Positions 20,194 through 30,852 of a stretch of 64,000 nucleotides of DNA are shown here, piece after piece. Every line of letters starts with the position of its first letter. Position 1 is the stretch's first letter. Position numbers and translations under genes: made by a program. Source of the stretch: a virus. Where the stretch lies: IMG/VR virus record IMGVR_UViG_3300037247_000353, positions 4,417 through 68,416 of that record; one strand, written 5' to 3'. The notes under the pieces were generated by a model that made no database searches, was not told the DNA's origin, and was given only the letters and a program-made list of their open reading frames with translations.

Positions 20194-21405
20194 TTAGTTT
20201 TCATAGCGACTAATTTCACTCCTTAGTCTTGTGATAGGATGTGTATGTATCCCTGTAACTTTATTCTTTAACACATTGATTTGTCTAATAGTTTCATCTT
20301 CACCACCATGGCGCATACCTATACCAATAATCAAATCACCTTCAGCAGCCTTACCTGTACGACTGTTCTCAAACTGATCTAAGGTAACATTTAACTTACC
20401 CTCAGCCTCCGCAGACAACTGAGAAATGGCTATAGGAGCTACGTTAAACCGCTTCCCAAGCTCCCTGGTGCGTATGTATATTTCTCGTAGCCTTTCATGC
20501 GTTCCATTAAATGTTCCTGCAATTTCCACCTTATCAAGCTGATCAATTACCACAATATCTGGTTGAAATTCTTCCACATATCCCTCAATCTGAGGTATAG
20601 TTAGGGTAACTGCATCATAAATCTTTAAATTAGTACGAAGAAGCCCACATTGTCTTTTTGTATCCTCTACTGTAGCTTGTATTTCAGAGAATGTTTTACC
20701 CGTTAAGGCAGAAACTAATCTAATCTTAGTTCGTACTGCTGGTTCTTCATTAATAAACGCAGCAACCTTAGCGCCCTGCTGTAAAAAACCTCCTGGGGCA
20801 GCCACAAGAGATATCCACATAGCTGATTTACCTACCTCTGGCCTTGCTCCAATGATAGTAAAAATACCTGGGCCAATACCACCGACTACTGATTGAAGTT
20901 CCACCAAATTGAACCTATATTTAGTTGTGTGTTTTACTAGCTCTATAAGTTCTTCAATATCTGCTGTTACCTCTACAACCTCTGTTTGTAATGGCGTATT
21001 CTTTTCTAGTTTGGCGATAAGATGTTTTAATTCAGGGATTTGTGCTACATCACCTTCTATTAGCTCTAGGGAAGCACTAGCTATTTGCCTGCCCATTTCT
21101 TTTCTATAAAGCCCCAATAAAATATCTGCAATAAGTTCTTTCTTAGGTAGCGCAACCTCTTTAAGTTCAGTAATTAAAAACTCTATATTCATTTTTGCAG
21201 CAGTTGTTAAAGTTGGATTATTCTCCTTATATAACATAAAGATTTCATCTTCACTTAAATCAGTTTTATATTTTTTATGCGCTTCTACAATAGTTTCATA
21301 TAATCTATTCAATCCTTCTGGAAACATGGCCCTTAAAAGCCGACACTCGTGCTCCTTGAAGAACTCATAATTTAGCAGAAGTTTTAATAATTGTTTTTCA
21401 ATCAT
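20194..21405 (-). CDS. Replicative DNA helicase (DnaB/SF4)
   Basis: Walker A GARPEVGKS, VVIDQLD, ISQLS, KNK motif. Confidence 0.85.
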   Translation of the reverse strand: MIEKQLLKLLLNYEFFKEHECRLLRAMFPEGLNRLYETIVEAHKKYKTDLSEDEIFMLYKENNPTLTTAAKMNIEFLITELKEVALPKKELIADILLGLYRKEMGRQIASASLELIEGDVAQIPELKHLIAKLEKNTPLQTEVVEVTADIEELIELVKHTTKYRFNLVELQSVVGGIGPGIFTIIGARPEVGKSAMWISLVAAPGGFLQQGAKVAAFINEEPAVRTKIRLVSALTGKTFSEIQATVEDTKRQCGLLRTNLKIYDAVTLTIPQIEGYVEEFQPDIVVIDQLDKVEIAGTFNGTHERLREIYIRTRELGKRFNVAPIAISQLSAEAEGKLNVTLDQFENSRTGKAAEGDLIIGIGMRHGGEDETIRQINVLKNKVTGIHTHPITRLRSEISRYEN

Positions 21406-21600
21406 AGCTATCTTCTTGTTTTATTTTTTTATACATAAATGAATAGGTATCAATTACCTGGCTATCAGACATAATTGGTAAATCATCTAAATCATCATAA
21501 AAATAAAGTTCATCTGGTGTCGGTATTTTATGGCCACTAGATGTTGTTGGTATTCTCCATGGATGATTCCCTTTTGGTTTTTTCATTATAGACCCTTTTC

Positions 21601-21813
21601 TTATTCTTGTTTGTATTCATAATAATTTTCAAGCTGTATGCTTTTATCTATTAGCACCATTCTTAAAAATTCATTAATATTTGTTGGATAACTAGAGAAA
21701 TAATGAAGTCTAGTTTTTACTATTCCAGTACGTATTTGTAAAGTGGCAACAGGAGTCCAAGTTGTTGTACAATTCGTGAAACTATACAAATTACTCGGCA
21801 TAACTATCACCAT
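21601..21813 (-). CDS. Small ORF, C-terminal helix family
   Basis: NINEFLRMVLI motif. Confidence 0.45.
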   Translation of the reverse strand: MVIVMPSNLYSFTNCTTTWTPVATLQIRTGIVKTRLHYFSSYPTNINEFLRMVLIDKSIQLENYYEYKQE

Positions 21814-22004
21814 TAGTATATTTTATATGTAATCCTTGTATTAAAGCATACCACATAATAAAACTTTGTAATTCCTCTTCATGAGATAGGTAAATTGTTT
21901 TTGGTTTATTTATCCCTTTATATTTTGCGTCTTGAAGGAGCTTGTAAAATATAGAATACGCCATCTGCTCTTCTTGGGTTGTTCCAAACTTTAAGTCATT
22001 TCTG

Positions 22005-22355
22005 TTAGACATCAGCATATTTTGTCTCTTTATTTATTAAATCTAATGTCCAACCTAGGGGATAATTACCAATCATAGGATAGCCCTCTAAGCGTGTTGA
22101 ACGAAGATTTCTACTATATTTGATAACATCAGTGTTATTACCTTTACTTTTTAAAGAAATAGTTACCATATTAATTATATTAGTAATTGCTCTTAAGTCT
22201 TTAGCTTTTGCTACATATGTTGTCGCTCTTTTTATACTTATTATACTATAAGGATGTGTGCTACCTGTTAAATAATCATAAATATAAAAAAGAGTACTGG
22301 ACTCATGATTAACAGCACATACAAATTCTCCAATAGAAAATCTTGGTTTACTCAT
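22005..22355 (-). CDS. SH3/KOW-like small protein
   Basis: RFSIGEFV start; internal NIINMVTISL. Confidence 0.45.
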   Translation of the reverse strand: MSKPRFSIGEFVCAVNHESSTLFYIYDYLTGSTHPYSIISIKRATTYVAKAKDLRAITNIINMVTISLKSKGNNTDVIKYSRNLRSTRLEGYPMIGNYPLGWTLDLINKETKYADV

Positions 22356-22594
22356 TATGATCTCTCTATTAATCTATGTTTTACATATTCTAAAATATTT
22401 TCTGGGTCTGGATATATCTCTAATTCTTTTTTCTCAAATAGAAAATCCCTATCAGTAGTTTTATCTGTAAACCCACTATCTAATTTTACTCTATAATACA
22501 TTCCTCCTTTAGTTATAGTTCCAATCTTATAAAATGTACAAGAAGGGCTGCATCCATTTGGTAATATTTTAACTCTATCTCCCACATGAAACAT
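22355..22594 (-). CDS. SH3/KOW-like small protein, C-terminal helix family
   Basis: MFHVGDRVKI...IGTI...YRVKLD...F.KKELE; ends NILEYVKHRLI. Confidence 0.55.
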   Translation of the reverse strand: MFHVGDRVKILPNGCSPSCTFYKIGTITKGGMYYRVKLDSGFTDKTTDRDFLFEKKELEIYPDPENILEYVKHRLIERS

Positions 22595-22597
22595 AAT

Positions 22598-23470
22598 CTA
22601 AATCCTATTATATTTTTTATTAAACCATTTTAGTTTTTGCTCATCAACATTGGCTTGACTATTTCTCATTCGTCCTTGAGTTAAGAACATTTCTACTGCT
22701 CTTTCTTTTGAGATTAAGCTATTAGCTTTGTTATCCTCATGAGGGCTCCAGCCTAATCTTAAAAGAAAGTTTAACAATGCTTCTGGATTGTAATCAACAT
22801 ATTGAGAAAGAGAAAAACTACTATCACGTTTACTTAATTTCTTCCCGTCCTTGAAAAGTAACCCAACATGAGCAAATTTAGGTAGCTTTTGCGCTCTGTC
22901 TGGAAAACATTTATTTAGAGCATTCCAAATAGCAATTTGTTTCGGAGTATTTGAGATATGGTCTGTCCCTCTAATGATATAGTTAATAGTGTGATCCCAA
23001 TCATCCACCACACTAGCCAACTGATAAGTAGGACTGTTATTAGACACATCCCCCCGTAAGAGAATAAGCCTCTTATCAATTTGCTCATAATTTGTTTCAG
23101 TGATGGGAATATCTCCTGCAATTTCATCATACCATGCCTCCGGGAGTTCAGGATTGTGAAGAGCTATCGCACCATTAGGTAATCTTATTGCTACTTTTTT
23201 GTCTAACAAGATTAATGCAAATCCCGTGTATAAATCTATGTATTCACTCTGACAAAACTGTTTATCAAAGTCTAGCCCAAACCAACCTATCACAGTAAAG
23301 ATTGCTTTAGATACAGCCTCCTGATTACGTCTTGCATCCGTATCATCCACCCTAACTAAAAATTTACCACCACTAGCCCTTGCAGCCAACCAATTAAAAT
23401 AGGCTGTTCTCATAGTACCTAAATGCATTTCACCAGTGGGTGATGGTGCTATTCTAGTGTTATATACCAT
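22598..23470 (-). CDS. gltX: Minimal glutamyl-tRNA synthetase (catalytic domain only, no anticodon-binding domain)
   Basis: RIAPSPTG, HLGT (HIGH), RTAYFNWL, PTYQLASVVDD, IRGTDH, KKLSKR (KMSKS), PEALLNFLLRLGW; ends KLKWFNKKY at the domain boundary; 290 aa. Confidence 0.85.
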   Translation of the reverse strand: MVYNTRIAPSPTGEMHLGTMRTAYFNWLAARASGGKFLVRVDDTDARRNQEAVSKAIFTVIGWFGLDFDKQFCQSEYIDLYTGFALILLDKKVAIRLPNGAIALHNPELPEAWYDEIAGDIPITETNYEQIDKRLILLRGDVSNNSPTYQLASVVDDWDHTINYIIRGTDHISNTPKQIAIWNALNKCFPDRAQKLPKFAHVGLLFKDGKKLSKRDSSFSLSQYVDYNPEALLNFLLRLGWSPHEDNKANSLISKERAVEMFLTQGRMRNSQANVDEQKLKWFNKKYNRI

Positions 23471-23685
23471 TATTCAACCTTTTTATTTAATAGCACAACT
23501 TTCACTAAATTATGCATATCTTGTATAATTTCTATATAGTTCATCCTTTGAAGGAATGATAATTCATCACACTTTACTCTCCATCCAGTAATTAATTCAT
23601 TTTCCTTATATATTTTTCCTTGTATATAATCCTTTTGATATTGCACAGAAAGCGTAAATGTCCTAAGCACAATAAAATATTTCAT
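23470..23685 (-). CDS. Small ORF, C-terminal helix family
   Basis: Ends DMHNLVKVVLLNK. Confidence 0.45.
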   Translation of the reverse strand: MKYFIVLRTFTLSVQYQKDYIQGKIYKENELITGWRVKCDELSFLQRMNYIEIIQDMHNLVKVVLLNKKVE

Positions 23686-23933
23686 TTGATTGACTCATTA
23701 AATAATACACACTTTATTAAATCTTCTATATTTTTAGGCTCAGTTATTGTAACCCACCCATCTCTAATAAGATACTTTATTCGCTGTATTAAAGACATTC
23801 CCGGACAAGTAGTATTTAAATCCACAAATTCTAATGCGGATTGACAATATATAGTCCCTGGTTGAAACCACACATAAGATCTATCACTTAATTTTTTTAA
23901 ATAGAATGCGCGTCTAGGGGTAAAAAATAACAT
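23682..23933 (-). CDS. Small ORF, C-terminal helix family
   Basis: Ends NIEDLIKCVLFNE. Confidence 0.45.
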   Translation of the reverse strand: MLFFTPRRAFYLKKLSDRSYVWFQPGTIYCQSALEFVDLNTTCPGMSLIQRIKYLIRDGWVTITEPKNIEDLIKCVLFNESIK

Positions 23934-26071
23934 CAGCCAATCTCTTCTTTAACAACAGTTTCTAAATTTAATAAATTTGTTCCGCGCTTTATTTCAATCA
24001 TCAGGGGGGTATCAAGCTCTATATCGTACCTTCTTTTTAACGCCGCAGGAATCTGTCTATGAGATTCAAGAATTAAATCTCGTACAAGATCTAGTTCATC
24101 TGGATGTGTATCAATTACTCCATCATCATGGGTTGTAAGACATAACAAAGATTTTGGTTTATATTCTTGCCAAAGATACCATAATTCAATTAACCATACT
24201 GGTACTATATCTGCTGTGGCAAACCCTTGAACTGGATAATTCTTAATTTGTGTTGCGTTAGTTGATGTTCCCCATTTAGTACGTTTAGCATTTGGAAAAG
24301 CATACTCTCTACCAGATGGCAACACAATCTTTTTAGTTGTAATTGCTTCAGTTTGTAATCTATCATGCCACCTAGCAATATCTTCATGCTTCTCTAAAAA
24401 GAATTTATAATACGCCCTTTCATTGTCAGTACCAGTAGATCCGCCGTATAAAGGCTTGAAGGTATGGGGTTTAGCATCTTGCCTAGAGCATTCAATAATA
24501 TCTGCTGTAACTTGATGTGCATCAACTTTATTTTTAATATCTTCACGTCCTGCTTTATCATTAGCTAAAAATACCGCTGTTCGATACTCTAATTGACCTT
24601 GATCTGCATCTGTTAATACACCCCCATCAAACCGCGATATAAACACTTTTCTAATGGGAAATGTATGTACTCTTGGTTGGTTTTGAAGATTAGGACTCCT
24701 ACTCGTTAAGCGTGCAGTTGCTGCTACGCATTGTAAGTATTGTTGATGTAATATATCATCTTCACCAACAGCTTTTTCAATACCAGCTACAAAAGTGTTT
24801 AAATACGTCTCAATTGCATTTAATCGTGTCACCCCAACAAAAAATTCCTTTTCCGGCCCTAAAGAACTTTGAGCTAAATATTCTAACGTTTCTTTACTTG
24901 TTCTAAACCCACCCGCTGTTGTTTCATATGATCCACGAGGAATCTTTTTAAATCCTGCAATCTGTGCAAGTTGTTGATAAATAATTCCAACTCCATTACA
25001 ATCTCTACATGATGTAAGCTTTTTGGCAGCTTCACCAGTTTTATTAATTTTTCTGGATTTTCCTGCGCCCTGGCAAGCAGGGCATTGGTTCGCAGTAGTT
25101 CTGTATATAGGGCATGTGTATCTTTTAACATAGTGTACAAACTCCTTTTCCTTCATTCGGGTTCGGTATTTCTGCCGAACTGTGGTGCCTGTTTGTTCTA
25201 TCCCAATATTAAATATTCTCTTCCAAACAGGTTTATCAGTTACCTTACGACTGTAAATTAATTGAGAAAGCTGTTCAGGACTGTCTAAATTAATTGGTGT
25301 ATCTCCCATAACATTAGCTACCATTTTTCCTAGTTTATTTTTCAATACTATTTGTTCTTTTAAATACTCTTTCTTAACTTTTCTAAGGGCCTTTTTATCT
25401 ATTTTAATTCCATTACCTTCCATATCAATTAATACTTTTGTGTACTCATTCATCATTTTTATAGTTGGAATTAATCCTTTATTTTCTTTCTTTTTAAGTT
25501 CTTCTTGTTGCTCTAACCAAAGACATAAAAGAGCGTCAATATCACTTATATTATATTCAGAAAGAATTTCAAATGGAACATTTTCCATACTAATATTTTT
25601 ATCTAGGTATTCTTGTATCAAATCAGCCCTTTTAGTTGCACTTAAATTATACTGTCTACCAAGTGCTTCTAATGATATGGCCTTTTTTATTCCTCTATTT
25701 AAAACATATTGTCGTATCATAGTACAATCAATATCACAAACATATTTAAACCCACTTTCCCACAACCACGCCAAATCAAACTTCGTATTGTGACAGACTA
25801 ATAAAGATGTATTATCAAGAATTTTTTGAATTTCTTCTTTACTTTGTAATTGCTCTTTAACAAAAACAGGCTGTAATTCATGATAAAATAATCGAAATTG
25901 AATTTTTATCTCAGTTTGAGACATTTTTAAATAGTATTTTAGAATATTACTTAATGAAAGCGATAGATATGCAACACTTACAAGTTTATTTTTAGGATTA
26001 TACGGACTCGGATCTTTTTTCCCATTAATAACTTGATAGGTTGTTTCACAATCTAAGAATGTTATGGTCAT
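23933..26071 (-). CDS. polA: DNA polymerase family A with inserted DnaJ-type zinc finger
   Basis: Exo I DCET, HNTKFD, YNISD; CPACQGAG and CRDCNGVG insertion; motif A DQGQLEYR, motif B KPHTFKPLYG (Phe762 type), motif C HDD. Confidence 0.92.
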   Translation of the reverse strand: MTITFLDCETTYQVINGKKDPSPYNPKNKLVSVAYLSLSLSNILKYYLKMSQTEIKIQFRLFYHELQPVFVKEQLQSKEEIQKILDNTSLLVCHNTKFDLAWLWESGFKYVCDIDCTMIRQYVLNRGIKKAISLEALGRQYNLSATKRADLIQEYLDKNISMENVPFEILSEYNISDIDALLCLWLEQQEELKKKENKGLIPTIKMMNEYTKVLIDMEGNGIKIDKKALRKVKKEYLKEQIVLKNKLGKMVANVMGDTPINLDSPEQLSQLIYSRKVTDKPVWKRIFNIGIEQTGTTVRQKYRTRMKEKEFVHYVKRYTCPIYRTTANQCPACQGAGKSRKINKTGEAAKKLTSCRDCNGVGIIYQQLAQIAGFKKIPRGSYETTAGGFRTSKETLEYLAQSSLGPEKEFFVGVTRLNAIETYLNTFVAGIEKAVGEDDILHQQYLQCVAATARLTSRSPNLQNQPRVHTFPIRKVFISRFDGGVLTDADQGQLEYRTAVFLANDKAGREDIKNKVDAHQVTADIIECSRQDAKPHTFKPLYGGSTGTDNERAYYKFFLEKHEDIARWHDRLQTEAITTKKIVLPSGREYAFPNAKRTKWGTSTNATQIKNYPVQGFATADIVPVWLIELWYLWQEYKPKSLLCLTTHDDGVIDTHPDELDLVRDLILESHRQIPAALKRRYDIELDTPLMIEIKRGTNLLNLETVVKEEIG

Positions 26072-26511
26072 TGATTTGCTTCTAAAGTTTGATAGTAGAA
26101 ACTATGTAAAAACCCGAGTGGGGCTTTACCACCAATTTGCCAAAGCCATAAGGCCCTACCAGAGCGCCCGTTGCCATCCGTGAATGGATGAAGTTGCTCG
26201 TAAGCTAAATGGGTTTGGTAAGAGTTTGAAGAGCGATTTGGATGAATACTATGTAATAAAACTTCTAATTGTTTTTCAATTTGTGGGCCGCCCGCCGGTG
26301 GGTAGAAGCTTCCTACGCGAACATCAAGCCCTGAACGGGCTCTAAGTATTGCTCCTGGTTGTATAATTGATACAAAGGCTTCAAGGTCTCTTACTGTAAT
26401 CTCTTTATTCGCTAAAAGAACCTCATGCGCTGCTATTTCTTCTTGGGTTGGATTTCTATTTATCCCTTCAATTCTATTACTTTCTGTTATAAAATCTTTA
26501 AGAGTCCACAT
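26068..26511 (-). CDS. Fic-domain protein (AMPylase)
   Basis: Canonical HPFTDGNGRSGR. Confidence 0.88.
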   Translation of the reverse strand: MWTLKDFITESNRIEGINRNPTQEEIAAHEVLLANKEITVRDLEAFVSIIQPGAILRARSGLDVRVGSFYPPAGGPQIEKQLEVLLHSIHPNRSSNSYQTHLAYEQLHPFTDGNGRSGRALWLWQIGGKAPLGFLHSFYYQTLEANQ

Positions 26512-26514
26512 AAT

Positions 26515-26835
26515 CTACTCCATAGTTGGTAGAGTTGAAGTTATAGTCTTAAACTGCTCAACAGTCATTCTTTTATTCCATTCTAACATTGCAACAATAA
26601 ATCTACCAAGAGAAAATTCTTTTTCAAGAAGATCTGCATTAATAGTCCATGAGCGCCCATCATGTAATTTTGTGCAACACATTAATCGATATCCAGGGTT
26701 TGTGTGAATCTCAATAATTTTAACAGGCATAAAAGGAAAATAATGACAGTACAAACAAAAATGCCCTTTATAGCTCCCATTACTCCAATTACCACGAAAC
26801 ACAAAATAGGCCGTATCCCCTATATTAAACATCAA
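26515..26835 (-). CDS. SH3/KOW-like hypothetical protein
   Basis: MFNIGDTAYF start. Confidence 0.4.
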   Translation of the reverse strand: MMFNIGDTAYFVFRGNWSNGSYKGHFCLYCHYFPFMPVKIIEIHTNPGYRLMCCTKLHDGRSWTINADLLEKEFSLGRFIVAMLEWNKRMTVEQFKTITSTLPTME

Positions 26836-27679
26836 ATAATCTCCGTATCTCTTCTGAATTATAGCACTTTAAATCTTCTGTTAAAAGATGAATAGTTGTT
26901 GGCCTATAATATTGCAATTCTTTCTGCATACTAAGTGCTAATTTAGAGGCATCTTTATCTAATGCAATAATGAATCTCTCATATTGTAAAAACTCTTTTA
27001 AATAATTAGCCTGTAAAAAAGTCCCTAATAAGGCTGCACTATCACAATAGGCACTGGCTGCACAAGCAGAACAACAATCTTCAACAATAATTAAAGTTTT
27101 ATATATTGGATCTTGTTTATGCCTATTCGTTGGACAAATAAATGCCTGAGAAGATTTTCCGTAACGTCTCCATTTTGGAGCGCCTCCTTTTGTAAGCCTT
27201 TTCCCAACAGCATCAATAGGTACCCCAGTAGATAAATCCCAAATCATAAAAACAATTCTATCATCGTATGGATCATAGCGAATATCTGCCAAATCCTCCC
27301 TGTAGGCATCCCAACAGTTATTATCATGCAAAAATTTATTAATTCTTTCTCGTCCAACTGTTTCTGGTATAAAAATAAATCTATCTAATGAGAAACTACT
27401 GTTAGATTTCTTATTTACAACAACTTCAAACTCTCTTTTTAAACTTTCTGTGCTAATATCTGTTTGTCTTCTACCCTTAAGTTTACAAGAAGCTTTAAAA
27501 CAATAAAATAATATTACGGTACCTAAATTAGTTACACTAAAAGTATTTTTACCCCCACAACTTGGACAATCCATACGCCTACTTGTTTGAGGCTCTGGAA
27601 TATCTTTAAGAAGATGTTGTAATTTTATTTCTGATTCTATTAAGTTCATTTTGTACATCCGGGTATGTGTCATAACCAA
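26825..27679 (-). CDS. DNA primase (zinc finger + TOPRIM)
   Basis: CPSCGG...YCFKASC, IVED, IALDKDA; real start may be a downstream Met. Confidence 0.82.
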   Translation of the reverse strand: MVMTHTRMYKMNLIESEIKLQHLLKDIPEPQTSRRMDCPSCGGKNTFSVTNLGTVILFYCFKASCKLKGRRQTDISTESLKREFEVVVNKKSNSSFSLDRFIFIPETVGRERINKFLHDNNCWDAYREDLADIRYDPYDDRIVFMIWDLSTGVPIDAVGKRLTKGGAPKWRRYGKSSQAFICPTNRHKQDPIYKTLIIVEDCCSACAASAYCDSAALLGTFLQANYLKEFLQYERFIIALDKDASKLALSMQKELQYYRPTTIHLLTEDLKCYNSEEIRRLFDV

Positions 27680-29249
27680 GATAAAACCAATTATCTTTAA
27701 AGAATTTAATACTTTGTATAATTATGGCTGAAATATCATCAGAATCAAAATTAGCTTCCTCTACTAGTGTTGTATTAACAACAAGAATATTTGCTAATAT
27801 CTCCTTTATTGTTGAAAATAGCTGTCCCATGCTGAAAGAAGTATCATCATATTTAGAGAAATCCTCCCATGCCCATTTTAATATTTCTGCGTAATCAGAA
27901 ACTTCAATTGTGTATAGCGCCGAATGATCGTTATAAATTTGAAAGTTCCTATTAGTTAACATAATCAATGTGTTATATAATTCTTTTTGTTTGCTCCCAA
28001 GATCACCAGTGTCTGTTTTAGACTCAGGGATTACAGCAGGAAGGGTTTTATCTTTAGACTGCTGTTTTAATAGGGCATTTTCCTTTAACAAATCTAAAAT
28101 AGCTTGTTGTAATTCAAAGGCAGATTTTGTTTGTTCAATATATTGTCTAATTAGCCGCCGCATACCTACCTCACTACATGAGTTAATAAGACCCTTAGAA
28201 AGCACCCAAGGAGGAAGTTTATTGGAGTCAGTATTATAATTTATATCTTTATAAGACGTGTATTTTCCAATAGATGTCACATTGTCTCTAGGCCAGCCTG
28301 TACCATACACAGGAGGGGCTTTATATAATGATCTTTCAGTTGGAAGATCCTCCCAATCAACTTTTATTAGGGCAGGTGTTAATATAGTAGTAAGCCAAGC
28401 AGTATTTAAGCATTCTTCAGAGCTATGTTGACAAAAGTATCCAACAGATAGATTAGTACACTCTGAAATCAAGCCAGTATAATTTGCAGTATCTGTAAAC
28501 GTTCCTATTGCCCCTTTAAACCTCCTATTTATTTTATTTGGAGTTATAATTAAGTCCGTTAATTGATCTGCAAACGCATTTACGAATTTGTGTGAGCAAC
28601 ATACACCCCCCCTTTGTCTATCTATAATATCTAAATAGTCCATTCTATCAAATGCAATAGCTCTTTCTATGCCAGCTACAAGCCCAGGCTTTCTGTTTCT
28701 AATATCGGATGAACCAACCCCGCCAACCTCTTCACCAACATGAAAAATATAAAGTCCAGGTATCTTGGCCCGTATTAAATTAATTAAGATAAAAATTCCT
28801 GCTTTATCATCAGCACCTAAAGTGGTAGGAGTATACAAATAACGCCCATCTTTATATTCGTTTGTTATACCCCCCCAAACAAAACTCTTTTTTGCTCTCT
28901 CACTCTCTTGAGCTATAAATAAATCTAATTTTTTAGGTTTACCTTCTAGATCAGTAAAATATCCTTTCCTAAACACCATATCTATATGGCAAGAAAACAT
29001 TGTTGTATGGTTTCCTCCGACTTTAACTATAAGATTGCCTACCCCATCTTTATACATTTTTTGCCCTTTTGGGAGGTATTTTTTTATGGTGGCTGTTATT
29101 GCTTCATATAACGGATGAGGAGCTATGCAGGATAACAGATCATACAGCATAAAGGGTATTATTTTTTCTTTTCTGATTAGTTTACAGACTTTTGTATCGG
29201 CTTTAGGTAAAAAGCTCTGTTTATTGCGCCAAGGTGTCTTGCTACCCAT
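27606..29249 (-). CDS. M28/M20-clan zinc peptidase with C-terminal helical extension
   Basis: CHID, LGADDKAG, GEEVGGVGS, AFDR, GYFCQH. Confidence 0.8.
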   Translation of the reverse strand: MGSKTPWRNKQSFLPKADTKVCKLIRKEKIIPFMLYDLLSCIAPHPLYEAITATIKKYLPKGQKMYKDGVGNLIVKVGGNHTTMFSCHIDMVFRKGYFTDLEGKPKKLDLFIAQESERAKKSFVWGGITNEYKDGRYLYTPTTLGADDKAGIFILINLIRAKIPGLYIFHVGEEVGGVGSSDIRNRKPGLVAGIERAIAFDRMDYLDIIDRQRGGVCCSHKFVNAFADQLTDLIITPNKINRRFKGAIGTFTDTANYTGLISECTNLSVGYFCQHSSEECLNTAWLTTILTPALIKVDWEDLPTERSLYKAPPVYGTGWPRDNVTSIGKYTSYKDINYNTDSNKLPPWVLSKGLINSCSEVGMRRLIRQYIEQTKSAFELQQAILDLLKENALLKQQSKDKTLPAVIPESKTDTGDLGSKQKELYNTLIMLTNRNFQIYNDHSALYTIEVSDYAEILKWAWEDFSKYDDTSFSMGQLFSTIKEILANILVVNTTLVEEANFDSDDISAIIIQSIKFFKDNWFYLGYDTYPDVQNELNRIRNKITTSS

Positions 29250-30850
29250 TAGGTAACTCCCGATTCTGTAGAACGAAGTGTGCTATTACTTGAAAGTAAT
29301 CCAAGAGAATATAATTTTTCACATAGTTCTTGTTTCATAGAATAAGATTTACCCATATACGCAACCCTATAGCCCGATGTAGAAAATTCATTAGGTTCTG
29401 TTTTAATCGAATTTATTGTTTTATTATCTATAGATACATAATCATGAATAACAAGAACCCCACCATATTTCATACAGCTATGCTTATTAGTATAAATGAG
29501 TGTTCTATTAAAATAATCTAGATAACAAGTATTCAAAAGTCGTAATTGTAATTGCCCATCAGAGTTACGAGCATAAACATAACCATGATCATGGGCGCAT
29601 TTCTTGCTACAAAATGTTTTACCCCCCTCCCAAGAACTATGACGCCTTTCTTTGCAAATAATACCACAGTTATAACATCTAATAGTTTTTATATGTGATT
29701 CTCTAATAAATCCTCCAGTAGAACCTGTTGGAATATTAGCTAAAGAAGATTCGGAACAGTCAAAGGTTAAAATAAATTCTTTACTCTTAGTGTCAAAGTC
29801 TCCATGAATATTTGTAGATATATTATCCATATAGGGCATGGGTAGCAAGTGTTCTTTCAAAGTTTTACTATAAAGCCCCGGAACCCTAATTTGTATAGGT
29901 TTAGAAAACCTATCATTTAGTTTGTTGTATCCAAGATCGTTAAGTATATTTATGAATTTTGAAGCATAAAAATTGTTTATGGTAAACACACGTCCGTATT
30001 TCCAAATACCAGGGCTTGTTTGGTAAATACAAGTTCGTGCTACAACTTGTTTATTTTTAACGCAATAAACCCCTTTAATATCAGGATGATAGGCTAATAA
30101 AGACATAGGGTGGTGTCCATGCTTTAATATTTCGCTCCAAGCCGTTATTTTATCATCAGTTAATGTCATACAGGTGCCAACCCCGTTGTTCCTAAACATA
30201 TCCACATAGTCTTTGGGTTTCTCTGCATATATTAATTCAAGTGGTCTAGTTAATTCGATATAAGAATCAGCCAAAGCATTTATTTGATCATTTTTAAGAT
30301 ATTTTCTAATGTTTGTATACCTAGTAAGTGCTCGTATTACCGAGATTTCTTCATATCTTTTAATTTTTTTCCATGCTCTTGAAAACGGACTCCAACTATT
30401 GGGCTTATCATACCTAATTTTATTAAATGTTTTTAGACCATCAAAACAAATGATCCAACAAATATTTTTTAAATCCGATAAATTAATTGTATCCAATACT
30501 AAATTTGGAAAAACACAAACATTACCAGGAGTCTTACTAGCAATTATTATAGGGGAATGTTCAAAAATCTTATCCATTTGTAGGCTCATATTAAGTCTAT
30601 TATTTTGTTCACCAATTTCCAAATCCTCTTGAAATTTTAGATAGCGGATATGCAAAAACCTAGTTAATCTGGCAGCCGCGTTAAACACTGGATCATTTTT
30701 TAAAATCTTTTGAGTTTGTAATAATTCTTTATATTGTATTTGTAATTCCTTTGACACTAGAGGTAAATAATCCTTTTCAATTAATTTTAACTCCTTTGAA
30801 AGACCAGCAAAATTAATCCTACAGTGATCTCTATTAGCTACTTGTGGCAT
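29249..30850 (-). CDS. Conserved phage protein, (S/T)CM...AR...YG...PY-x-D family, paralog 2
   Basis: GTCMT, KGVY...VART, YGRVF, LPMPYMD; C-terminal CxxC/FCS zinc ribbon. Confidence 0.55.
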   Translation of the reverse strand: MPQVANRDHCRINFAGLSKELKLIEKDYLPLVSKELQIQYKELLQTQKILKNDPVFNAAARLTRFLHIRYLKFQEDLEIGEQNNRLNMSLQMDKIFEHSPIIIASKTPGNVCVFPNLVLDTINLSDLKNICWIICFDGLKTFNKIRYDKPNSWSPFSRAWKKIKRYEEISVIRALTRYTNIRKYLKNDQINALADSYIELTRPLELIYAEKPKDYVDMFRNNGVGTCMTLTDDKITAWSEILKHGHHPMSLLAYHPDIKGVYCVKNKQVVARTCIYQTSPGIWKYGRVFTINNFYASKFINILNDLGYNKLNDRFSKPIQIRVPGLYSKTLKEHLLPMPYMDNISTNIHGDFDTKSKEFILTFDCSESSLANIPTGSTGGFIRESHIKTIRCYNCGIICKERRHSSWEGGKTFCSKKCAHDHGYVYARNSDGQLQLRLLNTCYLDYFNRTLIYTNKHSCMKYGGVLVIHDYVSIDNKTINSIKTEPNEFSTSGYRVAYMGKSYSMKQELCEKLYSLGLLSSNSTLRSTESGVT

Positions 30851-30852
30851 TG

